DNA of 64,000 nt from Gemmatimonadales bacterium (GTDB lineage Bacteria; Gemmatimonadota; Gemmatimonadetes; Gemmatimonadales; GWC2-71-9), in the NCBI GenBank assembly GCA_035943095.1, contig DASZCN010000011.1, positions 1,775-65,774 of the forward strand. The letters are read 5' to 3'. Both the position numbers and the translations under genes were made by a program. A model generated the notes under the pieces. The model worked only from the letters and a program-made list of their open reading frames with translations, was not told where the DNA came from and ran no database searches. This document shows, in pieces, positions 1-8,455 of the stretch (position 1 is the first letter of the stretch; the number at the start of each line of letters is the position of its first letter).

Positions 1-1211
1 CGGTAGAACGGTGCCGTCTCCTCGATGGGCTGAAACAGCTCGAAGAATTGCCACAGCGCCCAGATGACGAGTGCGGTCTCGTCCTCCTGAATGGGGAGCA
101 CGGGTTTGCCGTCGCGCACGTAGCCGTGCCAGGAGGAAGCGAGGGTTCCATCGGGATTGTATTTGTGCCGGAGGTACCCGAGCGGCGAGATGACCTTCGC
201 GCAAAATTCCAGGAATTTCTCGGGTGCCCCAACGTGTCCGCCTCGCATCAAGGCGGCGGCGACCAGGGCGCCGTCGCGCGGCCACATGTAGGAGTAGGTG
301 TCGCGGGCGAACTGAATGATGTCCGTATCGTTGGCGGCGGTGATCGCGCCCTCATGGTCGATCTGCGAACGGATGATCAGCAGGCTTTGGCTATACCGCT
401 GAGCCACGAGCTCGGGCACCTGGTCGAGACCGCGCCGGTCTTTCCGCACCCACAGCCGCCAGTAGTTGCGCGTCCGGCGAAGCAGCTCGCCAGGCGACTT
501 GTCGCGGACGACCTTGTCGATCGTGGCGACTTCGCGGAAGTCCCGGCCTGCCGCCATCCAGTAGTCCGCCTCCGCGGAACCGCGCGCCGGCACGGTGAGG
601 GACAGGCCGAGCGTGGAGTCCACGGATCCTTGCGCGATCGGATTGCCCTGCAGCTCACCGTCCTCGGCGTCGCGCCAGGTCCCCTCGGCGCCGGCGACCT
701 CCTTCGTCCCGCACGCGTAGCGCCGCACACCGATCTCCCCGCCTACGGCACAGTTCATCAGGAAATAGCGGTCGTCCTTATAGTGGATCAGCGCCTCTGT
801 CTCGGGGGAGTAGAGCGCCGTGTCGCCCACCTCGTACCCCCGGATGTGGAAATCGTGATGGAAGAACAACCGGATCTCGCGCGCCCGGTCGAGCAGGTTG
901 GTCACCTGGATATGCCGAATCAGGACATTCTCGAAGAAATCCACCGCGTCGTGACAGAGGAGCTCGATACCCAACGCCTCGTTGCGGGCGCGCACCTCGG
1001 TGACCATCGAGTCGACGACGTAGCGCCGGTCGAGCGCCCAGTCCGAACCGATCCAGCTGAACTTGCCGGCGGTCCAGACGCCGAATCGGAAGACATGCCC
1101 GGTGGCGTGGTTTTCCTTGCCCACGTGCGGGTAGTAGATGTCGCGGATCAGATAGTCGCGGCCGAATGCCACGAGCAACCGCCCGTTCGACAGCGGCAGG
1201 TCACGAGGCAT
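1..1211 (-). CDS. Glycoside hydrolase family 15 (glucoamylase/glucodextranase-like), first ~403 codons; C-terminus runs off the left edge
   Basis: Absent from the ORF track because there is no stop in the window. My minus-strand translation from ATG 1209..1211 reads MPRDLPLSNGRLLVAFGRDYLIRDIYYPHVGKENH...RSQIDHEGAITAANDTDIIQFARDTYSYMWPRDGALVAAAL...LPIQEDETALVIWALWQFF. This is a typical GH15 N-domain plus the start of the (alpha/alpha)6 domain. The listed 48..1322(+) ORF is its antisense shadow. Confidence 0.75.
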   Translation of the reverse strand, partial: MPRDLPLSNGRLLVAFGRDYLIRDIYYPHVGKENHATGHVFRFGVWTAGKFSWIGSDWALDRRYVVDSMVTEVRARNEALGIELLCHDAVDFFENVLIRHIQVTNLLDRAREIRLFFHHDFHIRGYEVGDTALYSPETEALIHYKDDRYFLMNCAVGGEIGVRRYACGTKEVAGAEGTWRDAEDGELQGNPIAQGSVDSTLGLSLTVPARGSAEADYWMAAGRDFREVATIDKVVRDKSPGELLRRTRNYWRLWVRKDRRGLDQVPELVAQRYSQSLLIIRSQIDHEGAITAANDTDIIQFARDTYSYMWPRDGALVAAALMRGGHVGAPEKFLEFCAKVISPLGYLRHKYNPDGTLASSWHGYVRDGKPVLPIQEDETALVIWALWQFFELFQPIEETAPFY

Positions 1212-1217
1212 GAGAGC

Positions 1218-1556
1218 TCACTCTGCGCACGAAACTATTCCCTCGATGACGTAGTAGAAAAAGCCGCCCGATTCACCGGCCGAAAAGATCGGCACGATGT
1301 GGGGATGACTGAGGTTCGATGAGAGGTCCACCTCGCGGATGAACCGCTCACGGAGCAGCCGGGTCGAGACCTCGGGGTCCAGCACCTTGATCGCCACACG
1401 GCGATGCGGGTGCTGCTCCACGGCGAGGTACACCCGCGCCATGCCGCCGGTGCCGATTTCCCGTTCGACGTCGTAGCGGGGGGCGAGGCTCTCACGAAGA
1501 GCGTCGAGCACATCGAGCATCATGGCCAACTTAGCGGCCCCCACGCCCGGCGCCAA
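1218..1556 (-). pseudogene. Truncated Hanks-type Ser/Thr kinase, N-lobe only (112 codons)
   Basis: Contains the Gly-loop IGTGGMARVY, the VAIK lysine, RERFIREV (alphaC) and the hinge FFYYV. It then diverges (IEGIVSCAE) and stops, with no HRD loop, DFG or APE. It parallels the N-terminus of the intact kinase at 61620..64000 (VAIKVL..FLREI..HPHI.P..YYVMPYVEGESL). Confidence 0.6.
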
Positions 1557-1608
1557 GCGAGCGATCCCACTCTAGCGAACCGAGGACCGCGCCGTTCAAT
1601 TAACGCGA

Positions 1609-2679
1609 ATGGAGCGAATCTGGAAGTCGCCGTTCGTGCGGCTCGTGGCGTATTACGTGCTCCTCAGCCTGGTGACGCTGCTGCTCGTCACGCTGTTCCC
1701 GCAGATACGCGACCTGTTCGAAAAATTTCAAGCGCTCTCGCCCGTCCATGTCGCCGGCGGAAAGAGCAAGGCGATCGAGGAGGCCGCGAGCGCCCCGGGC
1801 CCCGGGAGCTTGGGCGCCACCGCGCTCGCCGTCATCACCCTGTTCTCGATGGTCGGGGCGCTGGCGCTGATGCTGCCAACCGCGTGGGTGTACATGACCA
1901 CTAAGCAGCAGCGCGGCTACGATCAGTCCGTCGTTCAGACGGTGATCGTCTTGCCGATGACCGTGTCGGGCACGCTCATCCTCGTCCAAAACAGCCTCGC
2001 GCTCGCCTTCGCCCTGGGCGGGATCGTGGCCGCGATCCGGTTCCGCAACACGCTGAAAGACACGAAGGACGTGGTATACATCTACCTCGCCCTCGGCGTA
2101 GGCCTCGCGGCCGGCGTCTACGTTCCCGTGGTCGCCGCCGTGATGTCGCTGGTCTTCAACCTGACCGTGCTGGCGCTTTGGAAGCTCAATGTCGGCAACA
2201 TTTACGCCGATCAGGGTGTGCTGCTGCCGGCGCTGCCACCGGCCGAGGGGTTGCTGGGCCCGCGTCGACGCCCGTCCGCACAACTGGCCGTCGGTGACCC
2301 GCAGCTGCTCGCCGCTCTGGCGCCCAACGAGCTCGAAGAAGTGGCGGACCGCGCGGCTCGGCTGCAGGCGTACATCATGGCGCGTGCGGACGATAAGAAG
2401 GGCGAGCGCTTCAACGGCATGCTGCTCGTACACACGACTGAACCGGAGACGGCCCAGCGCGCGGTCGAACAGCTCCTCGAGACCGAGACCGTCCGCTGGC
2501 GCCTCGCCGAGATACTCCCGGCCGGGAGCGGGCGCTCGACGCTCGAATACCTGCTGCGCCTCAAGGAAGGGATCCTCGCGGCGTCCGTGCTCCATGCGTT
2601 GAAAAGCAGGGGCTCGCCACCGATCGATGCCGCTGAGTACCGCTCCCTACGGGGGTTAAAGAGGAGTAAAGGCGAATGA
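1609..2679 (+). CDS. DUF4956-like multi-pass membrane protein with a ~150-aa soluble C-terminal domain
   Basis: Several hydrophobic helices. The core LALAFALGGIVAAIRFRNTLKDTKDVVYIYLALGVGLAAGV resembles the DUF4956 signature (..IRYRT..YLF..G..G) as I remember it. The stop overlaps the next start (ATGA at 2676..2679). Confidence 0.55.
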   Translation: MERIWKSPFVRLVAYYVLLSLVTLLLVTLFPQIRDLFEKFQALSPVHVAGGKSKAIEEAASAPGPGSLGATALAVITLFSMVGALALMLPTAWVYMTTKQQRGYDQSVVQTVIVLPMTVSGTLILVQNSLALAFALGGIVAAIRFRNTLKDTKDVVYIYLALGVGLAAGVYVPVVAAVMSLVFNLTVLALWKLNVGNIYADQGVLLPALPPAEGLLGPRRRPSAQLAVGDPQLLAALAPNELEEVADRAARLQAYIMARADDKKGERFNGMLLVHTTEPETAQRAVEQLLETETVRWRLAEILPAGSGRSTLEYLLRLKEGILAASVLHALKSRGSPPIDAAEYRSLRGLKRSKGE

Positions 2680-5261
2680 GATCGAACGCGCAGCGGCTGG
2701 TCGCGGCCCTGACGCTGTTGATCGGCGTCGAAGAGCCACGCGCTCTCAGCGCACAGACGACCCCCGCACAACCAGTCCGGGACACGGCCGCCCGCAGCGT
2801 GGAAATTGTGGCGGGGCAGCACTACGCGGCCGGGTGGTTTCACCGTTTAATGCTGGGCGCTCACTATCGCGACCTCTGGACCACGCCGTTCCGAGTCGAC
2901 GCGCTCGACCTCGCGACATACGCGGGCGGGCTCACGCCCAGCCAATGCGGCGGCCGCCGCGAGACCAAGTCGCTCCGGCTGGTCGGGCCGAACGGGCGCG
3001 CATACGTGTTCCGCTCGGTCGACAAAGACCCCACTCTGGCTCTGCCCCCGAACCTGCGCGCGACCTTCGTGCGCGACCTCATCCAGGACCAGATCAGCTC
3101 GGCTCACCCGGGCGCTCCCTTAGTGGTGGCGCCGCTGCTCGACGCGGCTCGCATCATGAATGCGGAGCCGCACGTCTACGTGTTGGCCGACGACCGCCGC
3201 CTCGCGGGGTTCGCCTGTGCCAAGCCTGGTACCCTCGGCATGATCGAAGAGCGTCCCACCGTGGGACCGGACAACGAAATGGCGTGGGCAGGTGCGGCGG
3301 ACTTGGCGACCACGAAGAAGTTGTTCGAGCACCTCGAGCACGATCCCAAGAATCGCGTCGATTCTCGGGCATACCTCGCGGCCCGCCTGATGGACGTCTT
3401 TATCGGCGACTGGGACCGCCATCAGGACCAGTGGCGCTGGGCGCGGTTCGACTCCGCGGGGCTTCGCTGGTGGCGCCCGATCCCGCGCGACCGCGACCAG
3501 GCGTTCGCGCGTCTCGACGGCGTGCTCGTGTGGCTCACGGGCTTTTATTTTCCGCAGCTCGTCGGCTTCGACGACGACTATCCGAGCATCTGGCGTCTCA
3601 CGTTCGCGGGAGAAGTGCCGGACCGGAGACTGCTCGAGGATCTCGAGAAGCCCGTGTGGGACTCGGTGGCGCGGACCCTTCAGGGCCGAGTGACGGACTC
3701 GGTGATCGATGCGGCGGTCCGCCGCCTTCCACCGGAGTACTACCGGAAAAACGGCGTCACCCTCACTCGCGCGTTACGGCGCCGACGGGACCACCTGCCG
3801 CAAATCAGCGATCGCTATTACGCGCTGCTCGCCCAGGTGGTGGAAGTCCACGGCACCGACCAGTCAGACCTGGCCGAGATCGAACGCCTCCCCGGCGGGC
3901 GCGTGGCCGTCCGCTTGTCCCCACGCGCCGGAGGAGCACCGTTCTACCAGCGGACATTCAACAGACATGAGACGGACGAGATTCGCGTGTTCCTCCACGG
4001 CGGCGATGATCGAGCAGTCGTCCGCGGGTCCGACGGATCCGGGCCACTCGTCCTCGTGATCGGCGGCGACGGCGCCGACGAGCTCGTGGACTCCACGCGT
4101 GCGGGGCGCACGCGGTTTTACGACGACGGCCCGCAGGACCGATTCATCACGCCGCGCGGCACGCCGATAGACCGCTCGCACTACGTTGAACCTCCCGTGG
4201 ACACCTCTACACTGGGCGTCCCGCGAGACTGGGGCTCACGCTGGATGCCGCTAACCTGGGCTGGATACACGCCGGATCTCGGCCTCTTCGTCGGGGCGGG
4301 CGCCGACGGCACGGGCTACGACTTCCGCCGGCTGCCATATAACTCGCACGTACGAATCCGCGCCGGCTACGCGACTACCGCCCAAACGGGCCGGGCCGAG
4401 TTCAACGGCGAGTTTCGCGGCCTCGTGCCGCCGGTTACCGTGACACTGCGCGTTCGGGCGTCGGGAATCGATATCCTGCGGTTCTATGGCTTCGGCAATG
4501 AGACAGTGGATACCGGTTCCAGTGATTTCTATAAGGTGAAGCAACAGCAGTACCTGGTCGCGCCCGCGCTGCGATTCTCGCTTTCGCGGTCCGCTACGCT
4601 CTCCGTCGGTCCGTTATTCAAGTTCGCGCACACGAATCTCGAATCGGGCACGCTCATCAACACGCTTCGGCCCTACGGCGTGAGGGATCTGGCCCAGGTC
4701 GGTGGTGCCGCGTCATTTGAGGTGGACACGCGGGACCGGCCGACCGCCGCCACGCGCGGCATCTCGTTTGACCTCGGTGGAAGTTTCTATCCCCAGGCGC
4801 TGGGTCTGAACTCGTCGCTAGGCGAGGCGCACGGGGACGCGGCCACGTACCTGACGCTCCGCGCCCCGCTGAAACCGACACTCGCCGTGCGCGTCGCGGG
4901 GCGAAAAGTGTGGAGCTCGCTTCCGCTCCCATTCGAGGAAGCGGCGTACATCGGCGGCGCGACCACGGTGCGTGGGTTTGTGGACCACCGGTTCCTGGGC
5001 GACGCCGCCACCTACGGGAATGTCGAGCTGCGACTCTCGCTCGCCCGATTCTTCCTCCTCGTCCCTGGCGAGCTCGGGGTGTTCGGCCTCGGCGACGCGG
5101 GCCGGGTGTATTTCTCGGGCCAAACGTCGGACCGCTGGCACGCCGCTGCTGGCGGCGGGCTCTGGATGTCGTTTTTGAGTCGCGCCAATACCTTGTCCGT
5201 GGCCGCGGCGCACAGCATCGAGGGAACGCGGGTGTACGTCAAGACCGGGTTCGCCTTCTAG
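2676..5261 (+). CDS. Outer-membrane protein: signal peptide, uncharacterised N-terminal GDWDRH domain, C-terminal Omp85/bacterial surface antigen beta-barrel
   Basis: Signal peptide MRSNAQRLVAALTLLIGVEEPRALSAQ. Motif DVFIGDWDRHQDQWRW at 3405..3440. The C-terminus (..AYIGGATTVRGF..GNVELR..VFGLGDAGRVY....GGGLW...VYVKTGFAF) is typical of Omp85-type barrels ending in an aromatic residue. Confidence 0.65.
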   Translation: MRSNAQRLVAALTLLIGVEEPRALSAQTTPAQPVRDTAARSVEIVAGQHYAAGWFHRLMLGAHYRDLWTTPFRVDALDLATYAGGLTPSQCGGRRETKSLRLVGPNGRAYVFRSVDKDPTLALPPNLRATFVRDLIQDQISSAHPGAPLVVAPLLDAARIMNAEPHVYVLADDRRLAGFACAKPGTLGMIEERPTVGPDNEMAWAGAADLATTKKLFEHLEHDPKNRVDSRAYLAARLMDVFIGDWDRHQDQWRWARFDSAGLRWWRPIPRDRDQAFARLDGVLVWLTGFYFPQLVGFDDDYPSIWRLTFAGEVPDRRLLEDLEKPVWDSVARTLQGRVTDSVIDAAVRRLPPEYYRKNGVTLTRALRRRRDHLPQISDRYYALLAQVVEVHGTDQSDLAEIERLPGGRVAVRLSPRAGGAPFYQRTFNRHETDEIRVFLHGGDDRAVVRGSDGSGPLVLVIGGDGADELVDSTRAGRTRFYDDGPQDRFITPRGTPIDRSHYVEPPVDTSTLGVPRDWGSRWMPLTWAGYTPDLGLFVGAGADGTGYDFRRLPYNSHVRIRAGYATTAQTGRAEFNGEFRGLVPPVTVTLRVRASGIDILRFYGFGNETVDTGSSDFYKVKQQQYLVAPALRFSLSRSATLSVGPLFKFAHTNLESGTLINTLRPYGVRDLAQVGGAASFEVDTRDRPTAATRGISFDLGGSFYPQALGLNSSLGEAHGDAATYLTLRAPLKPTLAVRVAGRKVWSSLPLPFEEAAYIGGATTVRGFVDHRFLGDAATYGNVELRLSLARFFLLVPGELGVFGLGDAGRVYFSGQTSDRWHAAAGGGLWMSFLSRANTLSVAAAHSIEGTRVYVKTGFAF

Positions 5262-5263
5262 CG

Positions 5264-8200
5264 ATGCAGGCCGAGTGGAAGGCGGATGTTCCGACGCTGG
5301 ACCTGCTCAACCGGATGGTGTCGGATCCGCTCCCCCTCGACCTCCGCTCCGGCAGGGTGGAACCGTTTTTCCAGCGCGACATCTACTTCGACTCGGCCGA
5401 CTGGACGTTGCGCCGGCGGGGCGTCAGCTGCCGGTTTCGCATCGGCGTAGACGATCGGCGCATCCTCACGCTGCGCACGGGTGATCGGTGGGAGGATGGC
5501 GCTCTGTTCGCACCTCCGCAGCGGTTCGAGGCAGAGGTGCCCGAGCTCGAGGGTGAACAAGCCCTGGCGGGTACGTCCGACCCGGCGCGCCGCCTGCGAG
5601 CCCTGATCGAGCCCGGGCAACTGCTCCCCCGCATCCAGTTCGAGACGGAGCGCCGGGTCCGTCGATCGAAGCCGGCCTGGTTCTTCAGGGCGCGCCACGA
5701 GATCCTCTACGACGTCGTGACGGTGCGGAGTCACCATCTCGCGCAAAAGTTTCAGGAGCTCAAACTCCGCCAAGTCGTTAACGGGCGGCCCGCATTAGAC
5801 CGGCTCGCTCAAGCGTTTCAGCAACGATACGGTTTGCGCACGCTGCTCGTGGGGAAGCAGGAGCGTGCGGAGAAGCTGCTGCGTGAGCTCGAAGCGGACG
5901 GCTTGGCGGACGTCACGCGGCGCGGTCGCGAGGTCGCCGTGATCGTGCTCCAGGCCGGCGCCGTCGCGATGATCGTCGAGTCCGACTCGCTCACGCTGCC
6001 GATTCGCCGGGGATCCGGCGAAGAGGGTTGCCGAGACGTGTTGCGCGCATCGTTCGGCAGCGCGGACGGCCAGGTGCGCCTCCTGGGCACGGCCCCGGCA
6101 GGCCTGACGCGCCCCCTGCTCGAGGTCTGGGAGGTGCGCCGCGCGGCCGGAGCCCCGGATTCGACTGCGGCGGGACAACTCCAATGGTTACCTGTGGAGG
6201 AGGTCCTTGCTGCTGCCGGGTCCCCCGGGCTGCGCGACCCGCGGACCCTGGCCGCTTTGACGGTCGCCGCGCGATCGGAAGCGTTCACCGGCGCCGCCCC
6301 CGCCGTCCAGGCGCCGGCGCGAGCGACGGAACGTCGCATTCGACTGTCCGATGTCGCGCTCCGGCCGCCGGTCGCCGATCTCAACCGGCTCGGTCCGGAG
6401 CATTTCCTGAACAGCGACCTGAGCCTGCTCCACTTCAACGCGCGCGTCCTGGCGCTCGCGGAAGACGTGAGCGTACCGTTGCTCGCCCGGCTCCGCTTTT
6501 TGGCGATCGTCAGCGCCAATCTCGACGAGTTCTTCATGGTCCGGGTAACGACCTTGAAGCGGGCGGTGGCAGAGGGCGCGATCGGGCCCGGTGATGATGG
6601 CCTGGCCGCCGAGGAGGCCCTGCACGTCATCGGAATCCGGGTTCGGGCGCTGCTGGAGCGTCAGGCGCGTTGTTTCGCCGACGCATGCCGTCCAGCGCTC
6701 GCGGCACACGACGTCCGCATTTTTTCGTGGACAGAGCTGTCCCAGGCGCACCAGGAGCGCCTGGGGCGCTATTTCATGGAGGAGATCTTCCCGTTCATCT
6801 CCCCGCAAGCCATGACCCGCGCGCCGGGTCACCCGTTCCCCCTGATCCCCAACCTGCGCCTTTCCCTCGCGGTCCTGGTGCGCGATCTCGGAGGCGGACC
6901 GACGCACTTCGCCTATGTGAAAGTTCCGGACGATCGACCGCGGTTCGTTCCGCTCGAGGACGGCTCCGGTTTCGTCGCCCTCGAGGAGATCATCCGCGCA
7001 AACCTCCGACCGGTTTACTCGGGCCGGATCGTCGACGCGGCCTATGCGTTCCGTGTGACCCGGGGCGCGGATTTGGAGCTCGACGAGCAGCACGCCTCGA
7101 GCTTGATGCAGATCATCGAAGAGGAGACGAAGCGGCGACCGTATGGCGCCGCCGTGCGTGTCGAGGTGGAGCGCGACATGCCCCAGGCGGTCCGGGAGCT
7201 GCTCCTCCGGGAGCTGCAGTTCGAGGACACGGCTCCCGCCGGCTCCCTAGGCCCGAGCGACCTCTACGTCGCGCCAGGCCTCGTGGATTTCGCAGGTCTG
7301 CGTGACCTCGCCCGCCTGCCCCTTCCCGCGCTCGACTATCCACCGCATCGCGGCGCGTCGCCCATCGAGCCGGCACGCTCGATCTTCACGGTCCTCACCG
7401 AGCGTGACGTCCTCGTCCACCACCCGTACGACGATTTCGAGGCGACCGTTCAGCGATTCGTGCTCGAGGCGGCGGACGACCCGGACGTCGTCGCCATCAA
7501 GCAGACGCTGTATCGCGCCGGAGGGCGCTCGGAGATCGTCGATGCCCTCGTCCGCGCGGCGGGGCGCGGGAAAGAGGTGTTCGTGTTCGTGGAGCTGAAA
7601 GCGCGCTTTGACGAGGAACGCAACATCGAGTGGGCCCGGAAGCTCGAGCAGGCCGGTATCCGGGTCGTGTACGGGCTGGTCGAGCTCAAGACCCACGCCA
7701 AGACGGCCCTCGTCGTACGGCGCGAGGCTGGCGGGATTCGGCGCTACGTCCACGTCGGGACGGGCAATTACAACGCCGCGACCGCGGCGACCTACACGGA
7801 CCTGGGGCTACTGACGGCGGACCCCGACCTCGGTGCCGACCTGAACGACTTGTTCAACGAGCTTTCCGGGTCATCTCGGCCGCCCCAGACCGCGTTCCGA
7901 CGGATTCTCGTATCGCCCACGTTCCTCACCAAGCGTCTCCTCGAGCTCATCGCGCGTGAAGCGGACCACGCGCGGGCGGGCCGCGATGCCCGCATTCGCG
8001 CGAAGATCAACGGGCTCGCCGACTCCGAGATCATCGAGGCGTTGTACCGGGCGTCGCAGGCGGGGGTCGATATCGCGCTCGTGGTCCGGGGCGTCTGCAC
8101 GCTCCGCCCCGGCGTCGTGGGGCTGTCGGAGCGGATCCGCGTCACGAGCGTCATGGGACGCTTCCTCGAGCATGGCCGCATCTACCATTTCGCGAATGGC

Positions 8201-8455
8201 GGCGAGCCGGAGTACTACATCGGCTCCGCAGACTGGCGCCCGCGCAACCTCCGACAGCGCGTCGAGGTGGTGGCGCCGGTCCTAGACCCTGGAAGCCGCG
8301 CCAAGCTCGACGGCATCCTCGACTTGCAGCTCGCCGACCCGACAGCGTGGGACTTGGAGTCGGATGGAACCTATCGGCGCCGCGCGCCCGAGTCGGGGGC
8401 GGATCGGCGGACCTCACAAGAGCGGTTGCTCGCGCTGACCAGTGCGATCACTTGA
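5264..8455 (+). CDS. ppk: Polyphosphate kinase 1 with a ~378-aa N-terminal CYTH/TTM-like plus Nudix-like extension
   Basis: PPK1 homology runs from about 6398 (EHFLNSDLSLLHFNARVLALAED..LRFLAIVSANLDEFFMVRV) through KTHAKTALVVRRE to the C-terminal PLD-like domains. The N-terminus (QAEWK..FFQRDIYFDSADWTLRRRGVSCRFRI..) looks CYTH-like. I chose ATG 5264, in frame with track ORF 4910, because 4910..5263 overlaps the previous gene. Confidence 0.85.
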   Translation: MQAEWKADVPTLDLLNRMVSDPLPLDLRSGRVEPFFQRDIYFDSADWTLRRRGVSCRFRIGVDDRRILTLRTGDRWEDGALFAPPQRFEAEVPELEGEQALAGTSDPARRLRALIEPGQLLPRIQFETERRVRRSKPAWFFRARHEILYDVVTVRSHHLAQKFQELKLRQVVNGRPALDRLAQAFQQRYGLRTLLVGKQERAEKLLRELEADGLADVTRRGREVAVIVLQAGAVAMIVESDSLTLPIRRGSGEEGCRDVLRASFGSADGQVRLLGTAPAGLTRPLLEVWEVRRAAGAPDSTAAGQLQWLPVEEVLAAAGSPGLRDPRTLAALTVAARSEAFTGAAPAVQAPARATERRIRLSDVALRPPVADLNRLGPEHFLNSDLSLLHFNARVLALAEDVSVPLLARLRFLAIVSANLDEFFMVRVTTLKRAVAEGAIGPGDDGLAAEEALHVIGIRVRALLERQARCFADACRPALAAHDVRIFSWTELSQAHQERLGRYFMEEIFPFISPQAMTRAPGHPFPLIPNLRLSLAVLVRDLGGGPTHFAYVKVPDDRPRFVPLEDGSGFVALEEIIRANLRPVYSGRIVDAAYAFRVTRGADLELDEQHASSLMQIIEEETKRRPYGAAVRVEVERDMPQAVRELLLRELQFEDTAPAGSLGPSDLYVAPGLVDFAGLRDLARLPLPALDYPPHRGASPIEPARSIFTVLTERDVLVHHPYDDFEATVQRFVLEAADDPDVVAIKQTLYRAGGRSEIVDALVRAAGRGKEVFVFVELKARFDEERNIEWARKLEQAGIRVVYGLVELKTHAKTALVVRREAGGIRRYVHVGTGNYNAATAATYTDLGLLTADPDLGADLNDLFNELSGSSRPPQTAFRRILVSPTFLTKRLLELIAREADHARAGRDARIRAKINGLADSEIIEALYRASQAGVDIALVVRGVCTLRPGVVGLSERIRVTSVMGRFLEHGRIYHFANGGEPEYYIGSADWRPRNLRQRVEVVAPVLDPGSRAKLDGILDLQLADPTAWDLESDGTYRRRAPESGADRRTSQERLLALTSAIT

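Noticed and set aside
48-1322. 424-aa plus-strand ORF
   Set aside because: This is the antisense shadow of the GH15 gene. The translation is Arg/Gly/Val/Asp-rich with no recognisable family, while the minus strand gives a clean GH15 sequence.
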